The notes under the pieces: generated by a model
Database searches by the model: none
Told to the model about the DNA's origin: nothing
What the model saw: only the letters and a program-made list of their open reading frames with translations
Program-made: the position numbers and the translations under genes
In this document: piece by piece, positions 1 through 13,057 of the stretch
Numbering within the stretch: the first letter of the stretch is position 1
How the letters are laid out: the number at the start of each line of letters is the position of its first letter
Source of the DNA: Mobula hypostoma
Lineage: Eukaryota
Direction: 5' to 3'
Length of the DNA: 64,000 bases
Assembly (NCBI RefSeq): GCF_963921235.1
Contig: NC_086097.1
Span: forward strand, 28,336,001 to 28,400,000

Positions 1-365
1 CTCTCCTTTTTCTCCCTCTGTCCCTCTGAATATACCTCTTGCCCATCCTCTGGGTCACCCCCCCCTTGTCTTTCTTCCCGGACCTCCTGTCCCATGATCC
101 TCTCGTATCCCTTTTGCCAATCACCTGTCCAACTCTTGGCTCCATCCCTCCCCCTCCTGTCTTCTCCTATCATTTTGCATCTCCCCCTCCCCCTCCCACT
201 TTCAAATCCCTTACTCACTCTTCCTTCAGTTAGTCCTGACGAAGGGTCTCGGCCCGAAACGTCGACTGCACCTCTTCCTACAGATGCTGCTTGGCCTGCT
301 GCGTTCACCAGCAACTTTGATGTGTGTTGCTTGAATTTCCAGCATCTGCGGAATTGCTCGTGTTT
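1..365 (+). mobile_element. Penelope-like element 3' terminal region (pLTR), runs off window start
   Basis: Pyrimidine-rich tract, hammerhead-like core at 232-267, then the GATGCTGC..CCTGCTG..CAGCATCTGC terminus; near-identical reverse-complement copy at 12543-13057 is joined to GIY-YIG C-terminal coding sequence. Confidence 0.8.
232..267 (+). ncRNA. Minimal type I hammerhead ribozyme motif
   Basis: AGTC-CTGACGA-AGGGTCTCGGCCC-GAAA-C-GTC-GACT: stem I AGTC/GACT, core CUGANGA, stem II GGG(TC)/(GG)CCC, GAAA, palindromic ACGT stem III, GUC cleavage triplet. Confidence 0.75.
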
Positions 366-394
366 ACCAGTTCCTCCTTCAGATGGTTTTAAAG

Positions 395-690
395 ATTAGC
401 TTTCATTGTCGCACGTGCACACGCAACGTTCAGTGAAATGCCTCGTTTGTGTCAGCAAACTAACGCAGGCTCAGGACGCGCGGGGAGCAGCCGGCAAGTG
501 TTGTCACGCTTCTACCACCAACAGCTTACTAACCCCAACCACATCTCTTTGGAATGTGGGAGAGAATCGGAGCAACCACGGGAACCCATGACTTTACGGG
601 AAGAGTGTACAAACATTTTTTTTAAAAAAACAGCAGCGGGAACTGAATCCTGATTTATAACGTGATGCGCTAACCGCTACGCTGTCACGG
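395..690 (-). mobile_element. tRNA-headed SINE
   Basis: Minus strand begins with A-box-like GTAGCGGTTAGC and B-box-like GGATTCAGTTCCC; body resembles the 34455-34750 copy. Confidence 0.6.
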
Positions 691-779
691 GGCCCCCCGT
701 TTAAGATGATTTGACATGAAGGGAGACAGATTAGACTGTTTGTCGGTTCTGAGTGACACTGAAGTCGGTACAGGGTCAC

Positions 780-1832
780 CACAAGGCTGTGTGCCGAGTC
801 CTCTGCTCTACTGTACTCGCTTTGTACTTGCGACTGCTCCGATGCCATATTTGAGTTCGCCGGTGACACCACTGTCTCTGGCCGAATGAAAGCTGGTGAA
901 CAATCAGCATGTGGGAGGGAGGTTGAAAATGTGGCCGAGTGGCGCCACAACAACATCCTCTCACTCAATGTCGGCAGGACCGAGGTTCTGATACTTGACT
1001 TCAGGGGGAAGAACCTGAGGGCCCGCGAACCAGTCCTCGTCGGAGGATCAGAGTGGGAGCGGGTCAGCGGTTTTAAATTCCTCAGTTCAATCATTTCAGA
1101 GGATCAGTACATGAATGCGATTACAAAGAAAACGCGGCACATTCTGTGATTTCTTAGAAGTTTGCGAAGATCTGGCACGTCATCTAAAACTTGGGCAAAC
1201 TTCTGTGGATGTGTAGTGGAGAGTATGTTGACTGGTAGTTTCGCGGCCTGATATGGAAATACCAATGCTCTTGTATGGAAAAGCCTACAAGAAGTGGTTT
1301 TATCCGGGCCAGTCCATCGCGGGTTAAGCTCTCGCCACAATTGAGCAAATGCCACGGGAGCACTGTTTACAGGAAAGCAGAATTCATCATCAGGGACCCG
1401 AACCATCCAGGTAAGGCTCTTTTCTCACTGCTGCCATCAGCAAGAAGGTACAGGAGCCCCAGGACCTGCAGCGCCAGGTTCAGGAACAGTTATTACCCCT
1501 CAGCCATGATGCTCCTGAACCTGAGGAGTTAACTTCACTGAATTTCACTTGCCCATCTCTGAACTATTTCTACAACCTATGCACTCACCTTCAAGAACTC
1601 TTCATCTCATGTTCTCGATATTTATTACAGATTTACTATTTTTTTCTCTTTTGTGTTCACAAAGTTTGCTGTTCTTTTTTTCACATTGGGTGTTGTCCAT
1701 CCTGCTGGATGTTGTCTTCCATTGATTCTATTGTGTTTCATGTATTTACCGTGATTGCCTGCACGAAAATGAACCTTGGGGATGTATATGGTGACATATA
1801 TGTACTTTAATAATAAATTTACTTTGAACTTT
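780..1832 (+). mobile_element. Rex/Babar-type non-LTR retrotransposon 3' fragment (decayed)
   Basis: FAGDTTV (degenerate FADD), FKFL, IIRDPNHPG, FSLLPS, RFRNSYYP motifs; 3' end AATAAATTTACTTTGAACTTTGA. Confidence 0.7.
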
Positions 1833-2739
1833 GAAGCCAGGAAGGGTGTAATGGAAATGCACCTTGTTCTGAGCTCTGCTGCCTCCCAACGTCAGAGAGC
1901 TCAGTTCAATCCAAAGTACAGACTGATTGCATGGGCTTTCTCCAGATGCTCTGAGTTCCTGCCATATACTCCTAACTTGCCTGTGTAAAATTATGATTAA
2001 AGGACGCACTGTATACATTTCCGCATTCACTTTCTTGCAAGTATTTACGGAAAAATAAAGAAATACCATAGAATTCATGAAAAACTATACATAAATAGCA
2101 ACTGTCAAACAGCCAGTGTACAGACGAAGACAAATTGTGTAAATACTGAGAAATGAGCTGTAGAGCCCTTGAAGATGACTCTGCAGGTGGTAGAACCAGC
2201 TCAGAGCTGAGGTGAATGTTAGTGAACACATTGGGTGAGGGTAAAAATTCTTCCTCTCCTTTTTTTTTAAAACCATAGCCACAACAGGAGTCACTCACCT
2301 CCTGACACCCAATGTGCCTTTTTCAACAGTAACAAACCATGAGTTAGGAGCATGATGGAACTCTGTGTGCGTGCAGCTTAGTGAGTTAACTATCTCGCTG
2401 CTGGGTCACCATCTACCTTCCAGAACTTTCACCCCCTCTGCCACCAGCCACACGGTGACCGCAGTGTGTTCCATCTACAACATGCACTGCAGTAACTTTC
2501 CCAAGACTACCCAGCCTCTCCATCTCTATCACACGGGGAAAAGATACCAGGCAAAGATAAAGCTTATACTTGCAGCTGGGGGTATCGGTTTAAGGTGAGA
2601 GGAAGGACTTTCAAAGTGAATGAGGGGATAAGTTTATTTTACACAGAATGGTATCCCAGAATGGCCTATCAGAATTAGACCATTTGACCACAGCTGATTT
2701 ATTTTCCATCTCAACACCATTCTCCTGCCTTCTTATAAC

Positions 2740-3120
2740 CTTTGACACCCTTACTAATCAAGAAACTACCAACTTATAAACTAGGCACGCAAAATTATGA
2801 GAGGTGTAGACAGGGTAAATGTAAGCAGGCTTTTTCCACTGAGGCTGGGTGAGACTAGAACCAGAGGTTAAGGGTGAAAGGTGAAATATTTAAGGGGAAC
2901 CTAAGGGGGAACTTCTTCACTCAGAGGCTGGCGTGAGTGTGGATTGAACTGCCAGAGGAGGTGGTGGGTGTGAGCTTGGTTACAACATTTAAGAGAAGTT
3001 TGGCTAAGTGCATGGAGGGCTGTGGTCCATGTGTGGGTTTATAGGACTAGAAAGAATAACTTTGGCATGGACTAGATGGGCCAAAGGGCCTGTTTCTGTG
3101 CAGTAGTGCTCGATGACTCT
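2740..3120 (+). mobile_element. CR1 LINE 3' fragment
   Basis: Matches the CR1 ORF2 end and 3'UTR (GGGCCAAAGGGCCTGTTTC) seen in full copies. Confidence 0.65.
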
Positions 3121-4214
3121 CACTTCCGCTTTAAATATACCCCATGATATGGGCCTCCACAGGGTCACATTGTGGTAATGAATTCCACAGAGTCATTTGA
3201 GTGATTTGCTGAGTATGCCTGCAGGAAAAAGCATCATACATGTGGTGACATGTATGTACATACTCTGATAATAAATTTTAGTTTGAACTTTGAATCACTA
3301 ATTGAACCCACAACATAGAACAGTGCAGTATAGGCTCATCGTTGTGCTGGCCTTTTAACCTGCTCCAAGATCAATCTAACCCTTCCCTTCCACATAGCCC
3401 TCCATTTTTCTTTCATCCACATGCCTAAATGTCCCTGATGTACCTGCCTCTACCATCAGCCCTGGCAATGATTCCACGCACCCACCACTCTCCACGTAAA
3501 ACAAAACCACCACCGATATCCTCCCTATACAAGGTAGTTGACTTTTCAGGCAGAGTCTCTTCATCAGAATTGAATTTTGAGTTCTGATGAAGGGACTGGG
3601 CCCGAAACATTCATTGTTTATTCCTCAATGCAAGAGATTCTGCAGTTGCCGGAAATCAGAGCAACACCCACAAAATACCATACCAGCTCAGCAGGACAGG
3701 CATCATCGATGGAAATGAATAAACAGCCGACATTTCAGGCTGAAATCCTTCTTCAGGACTGGAAAGAAAGGAGGAAGACGACAGAAACATTGTCCTCCTT
3801 CCTCTCCATGGACGCTGCCTGACCTGCTGAATTCCTCCAGTGTTTTGTGTGTGTTCTTCAAGAAAGACACCCCATTGTCACCTTCTTGGGGGCAATAAGA
3901 GGTGGACAATAAAAACTAGTTCTTGCCAGAGACTTTCACATTGTGACAAGTTAGTGAATAAAGTTTGTAGTGATATTCCCCAGGGACTGACACTCACATA
4001 GAACATTGCTTTGCTGATCTTGCTTTGATAGATTGAACTTGGCAACATCTCAAGATACACAATTCCGGAGAACGTAATCTGTGAGACTGCCTTGTTGAAC
4101 ACGAGAGCTGCATCCACAGTGGTTCCCCCCCACCCCCCACCACCACATCCCTTTTCCTCTTCTCCTTTTCTATCCAGTTCCTCCTAAACCCTCAAATCTC
4201 CTGTCACCCTCTTG

Positions 4215-4730
4215 CAAATTTCTACAGAGGTACCATGGAGAGCTTTCTAACTGGTTACAATACCATCTGGTATGGAGGGGCCACTGCACAGGATTAGAAA
4301 AAGCTGCAGGAATTTCCAATCACAGCCAGCACCATCTTGGCCATTAGCCTCCCCAGCATCAAAGACATCTTCAAAAGGCGATCCCTCAAAAGATCAGCAT
4401 CTTTTCTGATCTCTTAAGGATTCCCGTCGCCCAGGACATGCCTTCTTCTCATTGCTACCATCAAGGAAAAGGTTCAGGAGCCTGGAGACACACACTCAAT
4501 GTTTCAGAAACAGCTTCTTCCCCTCTGCTATCAGATTTCTGAATGGACAATGAACCCATGTACACTGCCTCAATTTTTTTCTTTTTTTTTGCTCTGTTTT
4601 TGCACTACATTTTCTACTATATCATTTCTTTTTGTAATTTAGTTTTTTTATTATGAGTTGCAATGTACAGCTGCTGCGAAACATAATATTTCAAGGGATA
4701 CGCCAGCGATATTCAACCTGATTCTGATTC
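4215..4730 (+). mobile_element. Rex/Babar-type 3' fragment
   Basis: CACCATGGAGAGC..TGGTATGGAGG..AACAGCTTCTTCCCC motifs and CCTGATTCTGATTC tail, similar to 11595-11990. Confidence 0.6.
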
Positions 4731-5087
4731 CTTCCCCATCCCGTCCACTGTCTTCATCTGCTCATCACCCACACACTCCTCCCACTGGGTCCCCCTCTTC
4801 CATTCATCTGCTGTTCAGTGCACGCTGATTTCAATCTATACTCCTCCTTCGTCTCCTGTTGGACTCTCGATTTCTGCTCTCTTTCTGTACGAGATATATA
4901 CCCATACATACACATATTTACACACACACACACAGATACATATATACACACACAAATATATCTATGCATATACATACATTTCTTATTGTAATTTATAGTG
5001 TTCTTTATGTATTGCACTGTATTATTACCATAACTCAAATTTCATGATTTATCTCAGTGGTGATAAAACTGATTCTGCTACCGATAA

Positions 5088-5610
5088 GCAACACACACAA
5101 AATGCTGGAGGAACTCAGCAGGCCAGATAGCATCTGTGAAAAAAAAGTACAGTTGACCTTTCTGGACTGGCGAAAAAAAGCTGAGGAGTAGATTTAAAAG
5201 GTTGGCAGGGGGGTGGAGAGAGAAACACAAAGAAACCGGGAGGGGAGGGGAGAAGTAACAAGCTGGGAAGCTGATTGGTGAAAGAGATACAGGGCTGGAG
5301 AAGGTGGGGGGGGTATGATAGGAGAGGACTGAAGGTCATGAAGAAAGAAGAGATGGGAGGAACAGCAGAGGGAGGCGATGGGTGGGTAAGGAGAAAAGGT
5401 TAGAGAGGGAAAAGGGGTTGGGTACTGGTGAAGGAGAGGGCGGGGGCCATTACTGGAAGTTCGAGAAATTGATGTTCATGCCATCAGGTTGGAGGCTACC
5501 CAGATGGAATATAAGGTGTTGTTCCTCCAACCTGAGTGTGGCCTCTTTACAACAGTAGAGGAGGCCATGGATAGACATATAGGAATGGGAATGGAATGTG
5601 GAGCTTGGCG
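5088..5610 (-). mobile_element. Penelope-like element 3' end with GIY-YIG endonuclease C-terminus
   Basis: Minus-strand HSHSYMSIHGLLYC..EATLRLEEQHLIFHLGSLQPDGMNINFSNF* (stop at 5450), followed by the pyrimidine-rich pLTR terminus. Confidence 0.8.
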
Positions 5611-6336
5611 AAACAGTCTCCCAATCTACATGGGGCCTGGTGCACCAGACACTGTATATGACCCCAAACAACTCACATTTTGTGTGTGTTGCCTGAAATT
5701 CTAGCATCTGCAGATTTTTTCTTGTTTGAACTGGTACAGATAATGTGTTCCGTTCCTAATGAATGGGGGGGAGGGGGAGTGGGGGGGTGGGGTGGGGGGG
5801 AAACAGCTCAGTGAAAATCCCTACTATGTTGTGGAAAACAATTTAAAAGAATCTATTGGATTCCCCTTAAAAGCTCCCTGTGACCTCGTAGATTCACTCT
5901 GGGTGTTCTGGTTTCTTACCAAATCCAAAGATGTACATGTTGATAGTATACCTGGGCACTGTAAATTGATCCTAGTCTGTGGGTGAGCAGTAGAATCTGG
6001 GGGGGTGGGGAACTGGATGGGAATGTGGCAAGAGTTTAAAAAAAACAGGAATAATGCCAACAACGGTTTCATGACATTTCAGTGCAGCATGGCAGACTGC
6101 ATAACACTTTACAGTGTTACATTCCTGCCACTGTCCGTAAGTAGTTTGGATGTTCTCCCTGTGACTTTGTGGGTTTCCTCCGGGTGCTCTGGTATCTGCC
6201 CACATTCCAAAGGTTGGTATTTGCAAGTTGTGGGCATGCTACATTGGCATCAGAAGCTTGGTGACACTAATGGGCTACCCCAGCACAGTCCTCAGACTGT
6301 TGGTCGTTGATACAAATGACACTGTATACTTTGATG

Positions 6337-6554
6337 CAGGTGTCCCCAACCCTTTTTTGCACCATGGACTGGTTTAATATTGACAATATTCTTGCGGACC
6401 AGCCGACAGGGGTGGGGGGTGTTCAGCTTCAACAGTGCCTGACAAGGAATAAGGAAAGGTGCAGCTGACTCATATTGTTTAATATTGCCAAATCATATCG
6501 GTTCCTTACCGCCCGGTAGCACATGCTTTGTGGCCTGGTGTTTGGGGACCACTG
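6337..6554. mobile_element. hAT-type MITE
   Basis: TIRs CAGGTGTCCCCAAC / TTTGGGGACCACTG; 8-bp TSD CTTTGATG (6329-6336) / CTTTGACG (6555-6562). Confidence 0.8.
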
Positions 6555-6574
6555 CTTTGACGTACAAGTGACAA

Positions 6575-7052
6575 GACTGCTCCCTCCAAGCTGCACAGAT
6601 GCACGGCCACACAGTAACTGAAATGCTCCCGTGCACATAGCCTTTGTTGCCATGCCGCTGGAATTTTCTTTTATACAATGTTAATATAATTGTGAAATTA
6701 TTCTAAGTTTGAAATCTACATTAATATAATTGTGAAATACCTTGCCATTAATTGTGTACTCATGAATATAATCCATAAACATTCTAAATAATAAACATAC
6801 TGCAACCTTTAATTTGAAACATTTTAGAGCTTCAACATATTTACATTGTCAGAGTTTTAAGTTACAACACTATTACAAATTTTAACAAGAAACACAGAGT
6901 GGAAGTAATTGTACCTCATTGTTAATAAACTGCCAGTCCGTTGAACGCCAACACATATTACAAAAAAAAATTAAATTGCTGAGCAGTTTTCAGGCCATGT
7001 AAAAACTTTCTGCTCAGAGCAATGGTTGGTTAAAAAATTAGAGGGAAAGCTG
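6575..7052. mobile_element. Non-autonomous hAT-type DNA transposon
   Basis: Perfect 8-bp TSD AGTGACAA (6567-6574, 7053-7060); imperfect TIRs GACTGCTCCCTCCAA / TTAGAGGGAAAGCTG; AT-rich interior. Confidence 0.7.
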
Positions 7053-8907
7053 AGTGACAAAATGAAACGAATCATTTTTTTAAATCCTCCCCTAATGCTG
7101 TGCCAGGGAATTGAAGTAATTTTGAGTATGGGTTGTGTTCTCTCATTGGAGGTTTAGACCATAAGATATAGGAGCAGAATTAGGCCATTTGGTCCATCGA
7201 GTCTGCTGCACAATGTTTATGGTAGTTGCTTGCTCTACAATTTTTTCTTGTAATTAAACTCATAGATCAAGTGGATTGCAAGAGACTTTTTCCTAGGGTA
7301 GAAATGATGAATGCAAAAGGATATAACTTTAAAGTGATTGGAGGAATCTGTAGGTGAGATGTCAAAGGTAGTTTTTTTTTTAAACAGTGGTGCATGTGTG
7401 GAAATCACTGCCAGAAGTGATGGTAGAATCGGGTACATCAGACGCATTTAAGAGACGCTTAAATAGACACATGGATGATAGAAAAATGAAGCATTATCTG
7501 TGAGGGAAGGGTCAGATTGATCTTCGAGTTAGAGGATCACACAAAATGTGGGCTGGGAGTTGCTTGTACTGTGCTGTAAAATTCCACCTCCTAATGTTCT
7601 ATTCTCTCCCACTCCTGGCCTTGGGTTTCATTGCAGACAAAGAGCAGACTTTCCTTGCACACATGCTCTCTAGAGAGCTTGGGCCTGGAGGTTGGATCTG
7701 AGATCACACCCTCAGAGTGAAATGTGGGAGGATGTCACACATCCCTGCACCGTGATGTGGGGTTCCTCAACTCCCTGAGGTGCACCTAACAGCGATCCAG
7801 TGGCCAAGAGCAATCGGTTGCTGAGGTGAGGGCAATACTAACTTCCAGCTGGTCTGCAGAATTATCTCAATGAGGTGAACCCTTTACCCTAATGGCATTA
7901 TTAGCGATACATCATGGAGACATAGTGATACTAATCAGCCATACCCATCAGAATAAGAATCAGATTTGTTTCCAGTAATTGACATTAAAGATTAGATTTC
8001 TCGGTCACATATACTACAAAGCGTCAACAGAGTTCGAGGAAATGCTGGGAGATACCCGCAAGTGTCGCCATGTTTCTGACGTTAACATAGCATTCTCACG
8101 ACTTACTAACCCTTTGGAATGTGGAAGGCAACTGGAGCATGCAGAGGACGTACAATCTCTTTACAGACAGTGGCGGGAATTGCTTGCGCAGCGAGATGTT
8201 ACACTGACAGAACAGTACTGCACAGGAACAGGCCCTTCAGCCCACTATGCCTGTGCTGACCATGATACCAAATGAAGCTAATCCCTGCTGCCTGCACGTG
8301 ATCAAAAACCTTCCGATCCCTGCCTGTTCATGTGCTTGTCCAAAAGCCCCAACACCGCCGGGACCTCTCATTCTAATGTGTAACACCACAAAACACCGAA
8401 CCCCGGATGTATCGGGGCAAACCAGTAGTTTCGTGAGGGAGTGGAGGAGGAGGGTGATTGTAGACAAAAAGGGAGGGGAGGCAAGACGTGAGGGCTCGGA
8501 GCGAGGCTGTCTGAGATGAATGCGGCCTACCGGCTGAGGCTGCGGCAAGGTCCATTTCTACCCGCCAGGTAGTTGGCGCCCATCTAGTCGGCACCTACAG
8601 AAAGAAGCCCGATGCAGGGGTGCCCCAAGGTGTACACACCCCTCCTGGGTCTCAAACCTCACCTCACCACCTCCGAAACCAAATACAGCTCAACAACTGC
8701 ACTCACTCCAGCTCTGAACCCTCCACAGTATCAGCCCCGCATCATCCCCACTATAACCATCTGAGGTTCAGTTCCGCTTCCCCCGAGTCTGAGTCTCACA
8801 CCCTTCACCACCACCCCCCCCAGTCTCAGCCTCACTTCCTCCCCACTATAACCCTGATATATCAGTTCCACTTCCTACCTCTAAATCACAGAGTAATACA
8901 GCCAGCG

Positions 8908-9115
8908 CATACAAAATACTGCAGGAACTCGGCACCTATGAAAATGAATAAACAATTGGCATTTCGCGCCGAGACCCTTCATGAGTCCTGATGAAGGATC
9001 TCCACCGAGACGCCAACTATTTACTCTTTTCCATAGATGCTGGCTGACCTGCTGAGTTCCTCCAGCATTTTGCGTGTTGCTTGGATTTCCAACATCTGCA
9101 GATTTTTCTCGTGTA
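8908..9115. mobile_element. Inverted pair of Penelope-like termini
   Basis: Left arm is the reverse complement of the right arm, joined at CCCTTCATG|AGTCCTGATGAAGG. Confidence 0.7.
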
Positions 9116-9495
9116 TTGGCTAATACAGCCATTCGGCCCAACTGCTCCAAGCTGACCTCAGCGACCTTAACGTTCCATGTATCTATCTAAATGCCTCTAA
9201 ACGTTGTAGCTGTGTCCGCCTTGACCAATTCCTCTGGGAGCTCATTCCTGGTATTCACAACCTTCTGGGATAGGTTACATCTCAGGTCTTTCAAAAATCC
9301 GTTTCTCCCCCCTCCCCCCCTATCTTTATCCTGGTTCTCTAGTTTTCGAAAGATCTCAGCCCCCACTCTCTCCTTCGCTCCGAAGTCTGGGATTCAGCCC
9401 CCCTGCAATCTCTGGCTATTAACCGCACTTGCTCCCCCTTTTCACCCTAACTCTAGTTCTGAGTGAGTGAGTGATTCTGGATACAAGTTCCCTTC

Positions 9496-9718
9496 AGCAA
9501 CAGGACAAAATGCCGGAGGTCAGGCAGCATCTATGGTGGGGAATAAACAGTCGACGTATCGGGCTGATACCCTTCATTCACGAGTCCTGATGAAGTGTCT
9601 CGGCACAAACCGTCGACTGTTTACCGTTCCTCCGAATATTCTGTCTGATCTGCCCAGTTTATTCAACATTTGTTTATGTCGCTCGAAATTTCCAACATCT
9701 GCAGAACCTCTTGTGTTT
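9496..9718. mobile_element. Inverted pair of Penelope-like termini
   Basis: AAACAGTCGACG ... CCTTCATTCACG|AGTCCTGATGAAG ... CGTCGACTGTTT palindromic arrangement. Confidence 0.7.
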
Positions 9719-9719
9719 A

Positions 9720-11200
9720 AGATCTCGTCACGGGGACCTGAACGCACAATTTGCGCTTTGAGGCAGGAGTCTGCCACCCTCCCCTCCCCCCCCCCGATCC
9801 ACGTCAACCTGACACCCTAACCCAGTGGGGGCCTAATTCACTCCACAGCCGAGTTTATCAACTCCCCGTTTGAAGAAACCTCAGACCGAGCGTCAAGTTC
9901 ATGCCTGCCACGGTAGTCAATCCCCGCCCACCCAATACCCAACTCACAGGCTTGGCGTCCCGGGCGGCCCACCTTAAACACAGCCTCGCATGCTCTGAAG
10001 CATGAACCCGACCCGCTGCTTCTCGGGACTAAAAGCAACACAAGTCACCCTAAAGTTTTTGAGGGTTAACTTCACCCTGCCGCTACAAGGACAAGAAAAG
10101 GCCGCCGGGTTCAGAAAATCCCTCAAGTGGAGCAAATGAGAACCTCCGTCGCTGTGAAATCTCACCCCCCTCGGGCAAAGAACAACGCCAGTTAAATTGT
10201 CGAGCAATCCAACAACACACTCCACACCTGGTGTTCACTCAACTACATCCTCTTCTCGGTAACCACTAGCTGCTTTACACAGAAGTGTGCGTGCCTCTGA
10301 GATTGTCCCCACTCTTCCACACCGACATCACACTCCCCCCCCCCATTAAGAATTCCTGGTACGAAGCCCCACTCTGCTTGCGAAAGTGTACTGGAATTGT
10401 TTGTCCCGGCTCTATGTATTTTAACTAGTTTCTTCCTACGAGCATTAAACAAAGTTAATATAAAACAGATGCTGACTAGCTGGATCTCTCAACCGCTTCA
10501 GGTTCGGTTCTAGACTTACAGCGTTTATTTTTGGCTTATAATCGTTATTCTCTGAAACAATCAGAAGGTAGTTTCAGTCAAATTAACTCACATTTACGCC
10601 AGATTCAATTGTTTTCATCTTAGATCCCTGCAGATGAATTACAGTGCAGAAGAGGAGTGTAAGCGGCTGAAGATCAGCGTGAGGAGACAGCTCTCTGTTG
10701 GTATCCAGGATCGTTCAAAGGTAACGTTCATAAACACATGTCCCAGGGCGGAAGCTTTTTAATAGGTGCTCCTGGAGAGAGCCTGAATATGTCAGATCTC
10801 GGCTGCCTGGAGTGGAAACGTACTTCAAGCAGAGGAGGAAGCCACAGAGCAGACGCTGGTTGGGTTTGGCATCTGTGGAAAGAGGGCGTGTTTAAATGCC
10901 GCTTAAGTTGTGTCTGGGTGCAGCGGCCAGAGCTTACGAATCTGTGGTAAGACAATGGAATGTAGCAATACGGAGCAATAAGTAAACGAGGCATTTCTGG
11001 GAAAAGAGGGATGGCGTGACTTAGTCACTTAGGCTTAATATAAGGGTTGTTAGATTCCGTTGCTCTGTGCGTGGTATCTGGGAATTCTGATGCACCGCAA
11101 AAGTTGTTCCGCTATGACCAGTTATAAACACAAGTCAGACTAGTTCCCTTCGCCACGGAATGCAAAGGAACGAGAGGCCATTCGGCCGCTCTTGCCTGCT
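9720..11200. promoter_or_regulatory. Unique, CpG-enriched region; possible promoter
   Basis: Visibly CpG-rich relative to flanks and not matching window repeats; adjoins candidate exon at 10634-10720. CpG ratio not computed. Confidence 0.3.
10634..10720 (+). other. Candidate exon (MNYSAEEECKRLKISVRRQLSVGIQDRSK), gene not recognised
   Basis: Acceptor TTTTCATCTTAG / CCCTGCAG, 87-nt open frame from ATG, donor AAG|GTAACG. Confidence 0.3.
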
Positions 11201-11594
11201 GCACCTACATTTAAAGACTCTACAACTCGTATTCTCAGCATTATTTCTTTGTATTTTAGTTGCACATCTCTCTCCTTTTACACATTGTTAGTGTTTATTT
11301 ACATATAGTTTTTCACCAATTCTATGGTACAGTATTTCTTAATTTTTCTGTGAATGCCTGTAAGAAAGTGAATCTGAAGGCGGTATATACACATACTTTG
11401 ATAATAAACTTACTCTGACTTTGACCGTCCAATCCATCTACACACTACACTGCATCAGGAAGTTGAACATTATTGTCAAGAATGCCTTCCAATTTTCCTC
11501 TTTTCTCCTTCTGGGAGAAGATACAGGAGCTTGAAAGCCCCAGCTCGACCACAGCTACGAGACTTCTGAACCAAACACTTCTTTCACATCTAGT

Positions 11595-11990
11595 AGATTT
11601 CTGCAGATGTACCATGGAGAGCACTCGGACCGCAATGACAACTCGTACGGGGGCTCCAATACACAGGCTTGGGGAGAGCTGCAGAGGGTTAAAAACGCAG
11701 CCAGCTCCATCATGGGCCTCCCCACTATTGAGGACATCTTCATAAAGGATCCTCACCATTCAGGACATGCACTCTTCTGGTTGTTACCAACAAGGAGCAC
11801 TCAATGCTTTGGGAACAGCTACTTCCCCTCAATCATCAACCCTTTACCTCACTGTTTTGCTGTCTTTTTTGCCCCACTTATTTATGTTAAAAATATATTT
11901 CTTATTGTAACATCATTTTTAAATCTATTGCTCCGTACTACCACAAAGCCACAAATTTCATGAGATATGTTATTGATAATAAACCTGATT
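11595..11990 (+). mobile_element. Rex/Babar-type 3' fragment
   Basis: LQRVKNAASSIMG, IKDPHHSGHALF, FGNSYFPS; tail ATAATAAACCTGATT. Confidence 0.65.
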
Positions 11991-12542
11991 ATGGTCCTCT
12001 TCCCAGTGGCGGTTCCTCACTCTCAGACTCTTGACGGACGTGACTTGGTAGAGTTGGTAAGAGGACAGCCAGCACCTCTTACCCAGGGTGGCAACGGCTC
12101 AGATGAAGTTGCATAATTTAAAGGTGATTGGATGAAAGTACAGGGGGATGTCAGAGGTAGACTTCTCACACAGAGTAGTAAGTATGTGGAGCACACTGCC
12201 AGGGGTGGCGCTAGAGGCTGATACATTAAGGATGTTTAGGAGACTCTGCACATGGACGATAGAATAATAGAGGGTAAAGTGGGAAGGAAGATCTAGATTG
12301 ATCTTGGGTTAAACGATCGGCACCACATCATGAGCCAAAGGGCCTGTACTGGGCTGTTATATTCTATGTTCTTACCTCTACCTTTTTTGTTATTGTCACT
12401 TTAGCATTGTTAAAACACTCAGCATTTTGTATTTCTGGTTTCAGTATTTATTACTGTGTACATGATTTTCACTCTGAGCTTCTCAGGAGCAAGGACCGTT
12501 GTGCCCTGGTATATAAAGCATAATCTACTTGGATCCAGTCAA

Positions 12543-13057
12543 ACACGAGGAAATCTGCAGGTGCTGGAAATTCAAGCAACACACATAAAAGTTGCTGGTG
12601 AACGCAGCAGGCCAGGCAGCATCTCTAGGGAGAGGTACAGTTGACGTTTTGGGCCGAGACCCTTCGTCAGGACTAACTGAAGGAAGAGCTAGTAAGGGAT
12701 TTGAAAGTGGGAGGGGGAGGGGGAGATCCAAAATGATAGGAGAAGACGGGAGGGGGAGGGATGGAGTCAAGAGCTGGACAGGTGATTGACAAAAGGGATA
12801 TGAGACGATCATGGGACAGGGGGAGGGGGGAAGCCCAGAGGATGGGCAAGGGGTATAGTGAGAGGGACAGAGGGAGAAAGAAGAGAGAGAGAACAAAAGA
12901 ATGTGTGTATATAAATAAATAATTAACGGATGGGGTACGAGGGGAAGGCGGGGCATTAGCAGAAATTAGAGAAGTCAATGTTCATGCCATCAGGTTGGAG
13001 GCTACCCAGACGGAATATAAGGTGTTCCTCCAACCTGAGTGTGGCTTCATCTTTACA
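12543..13057 (-). mobile_element. Penelope-like element 3' end (same young subfamily as 1-365)
   Basis: Reverse complement nearly matches 1-365; 12957-13055 encodes GIY-YIG C-terminus (..RLGSLQPDGMNIDFSNF); hammerhead motif at about 12639-12674 with GAAA mutated to AAAA. Confidence 0.8.

Noticed and set aside
8574..8593. CTCF-like motif (minus GCCGACTAGATGGGCGCC)
   Set aside because: Imperfect spacing versus consensus; cannot be supported without scoring
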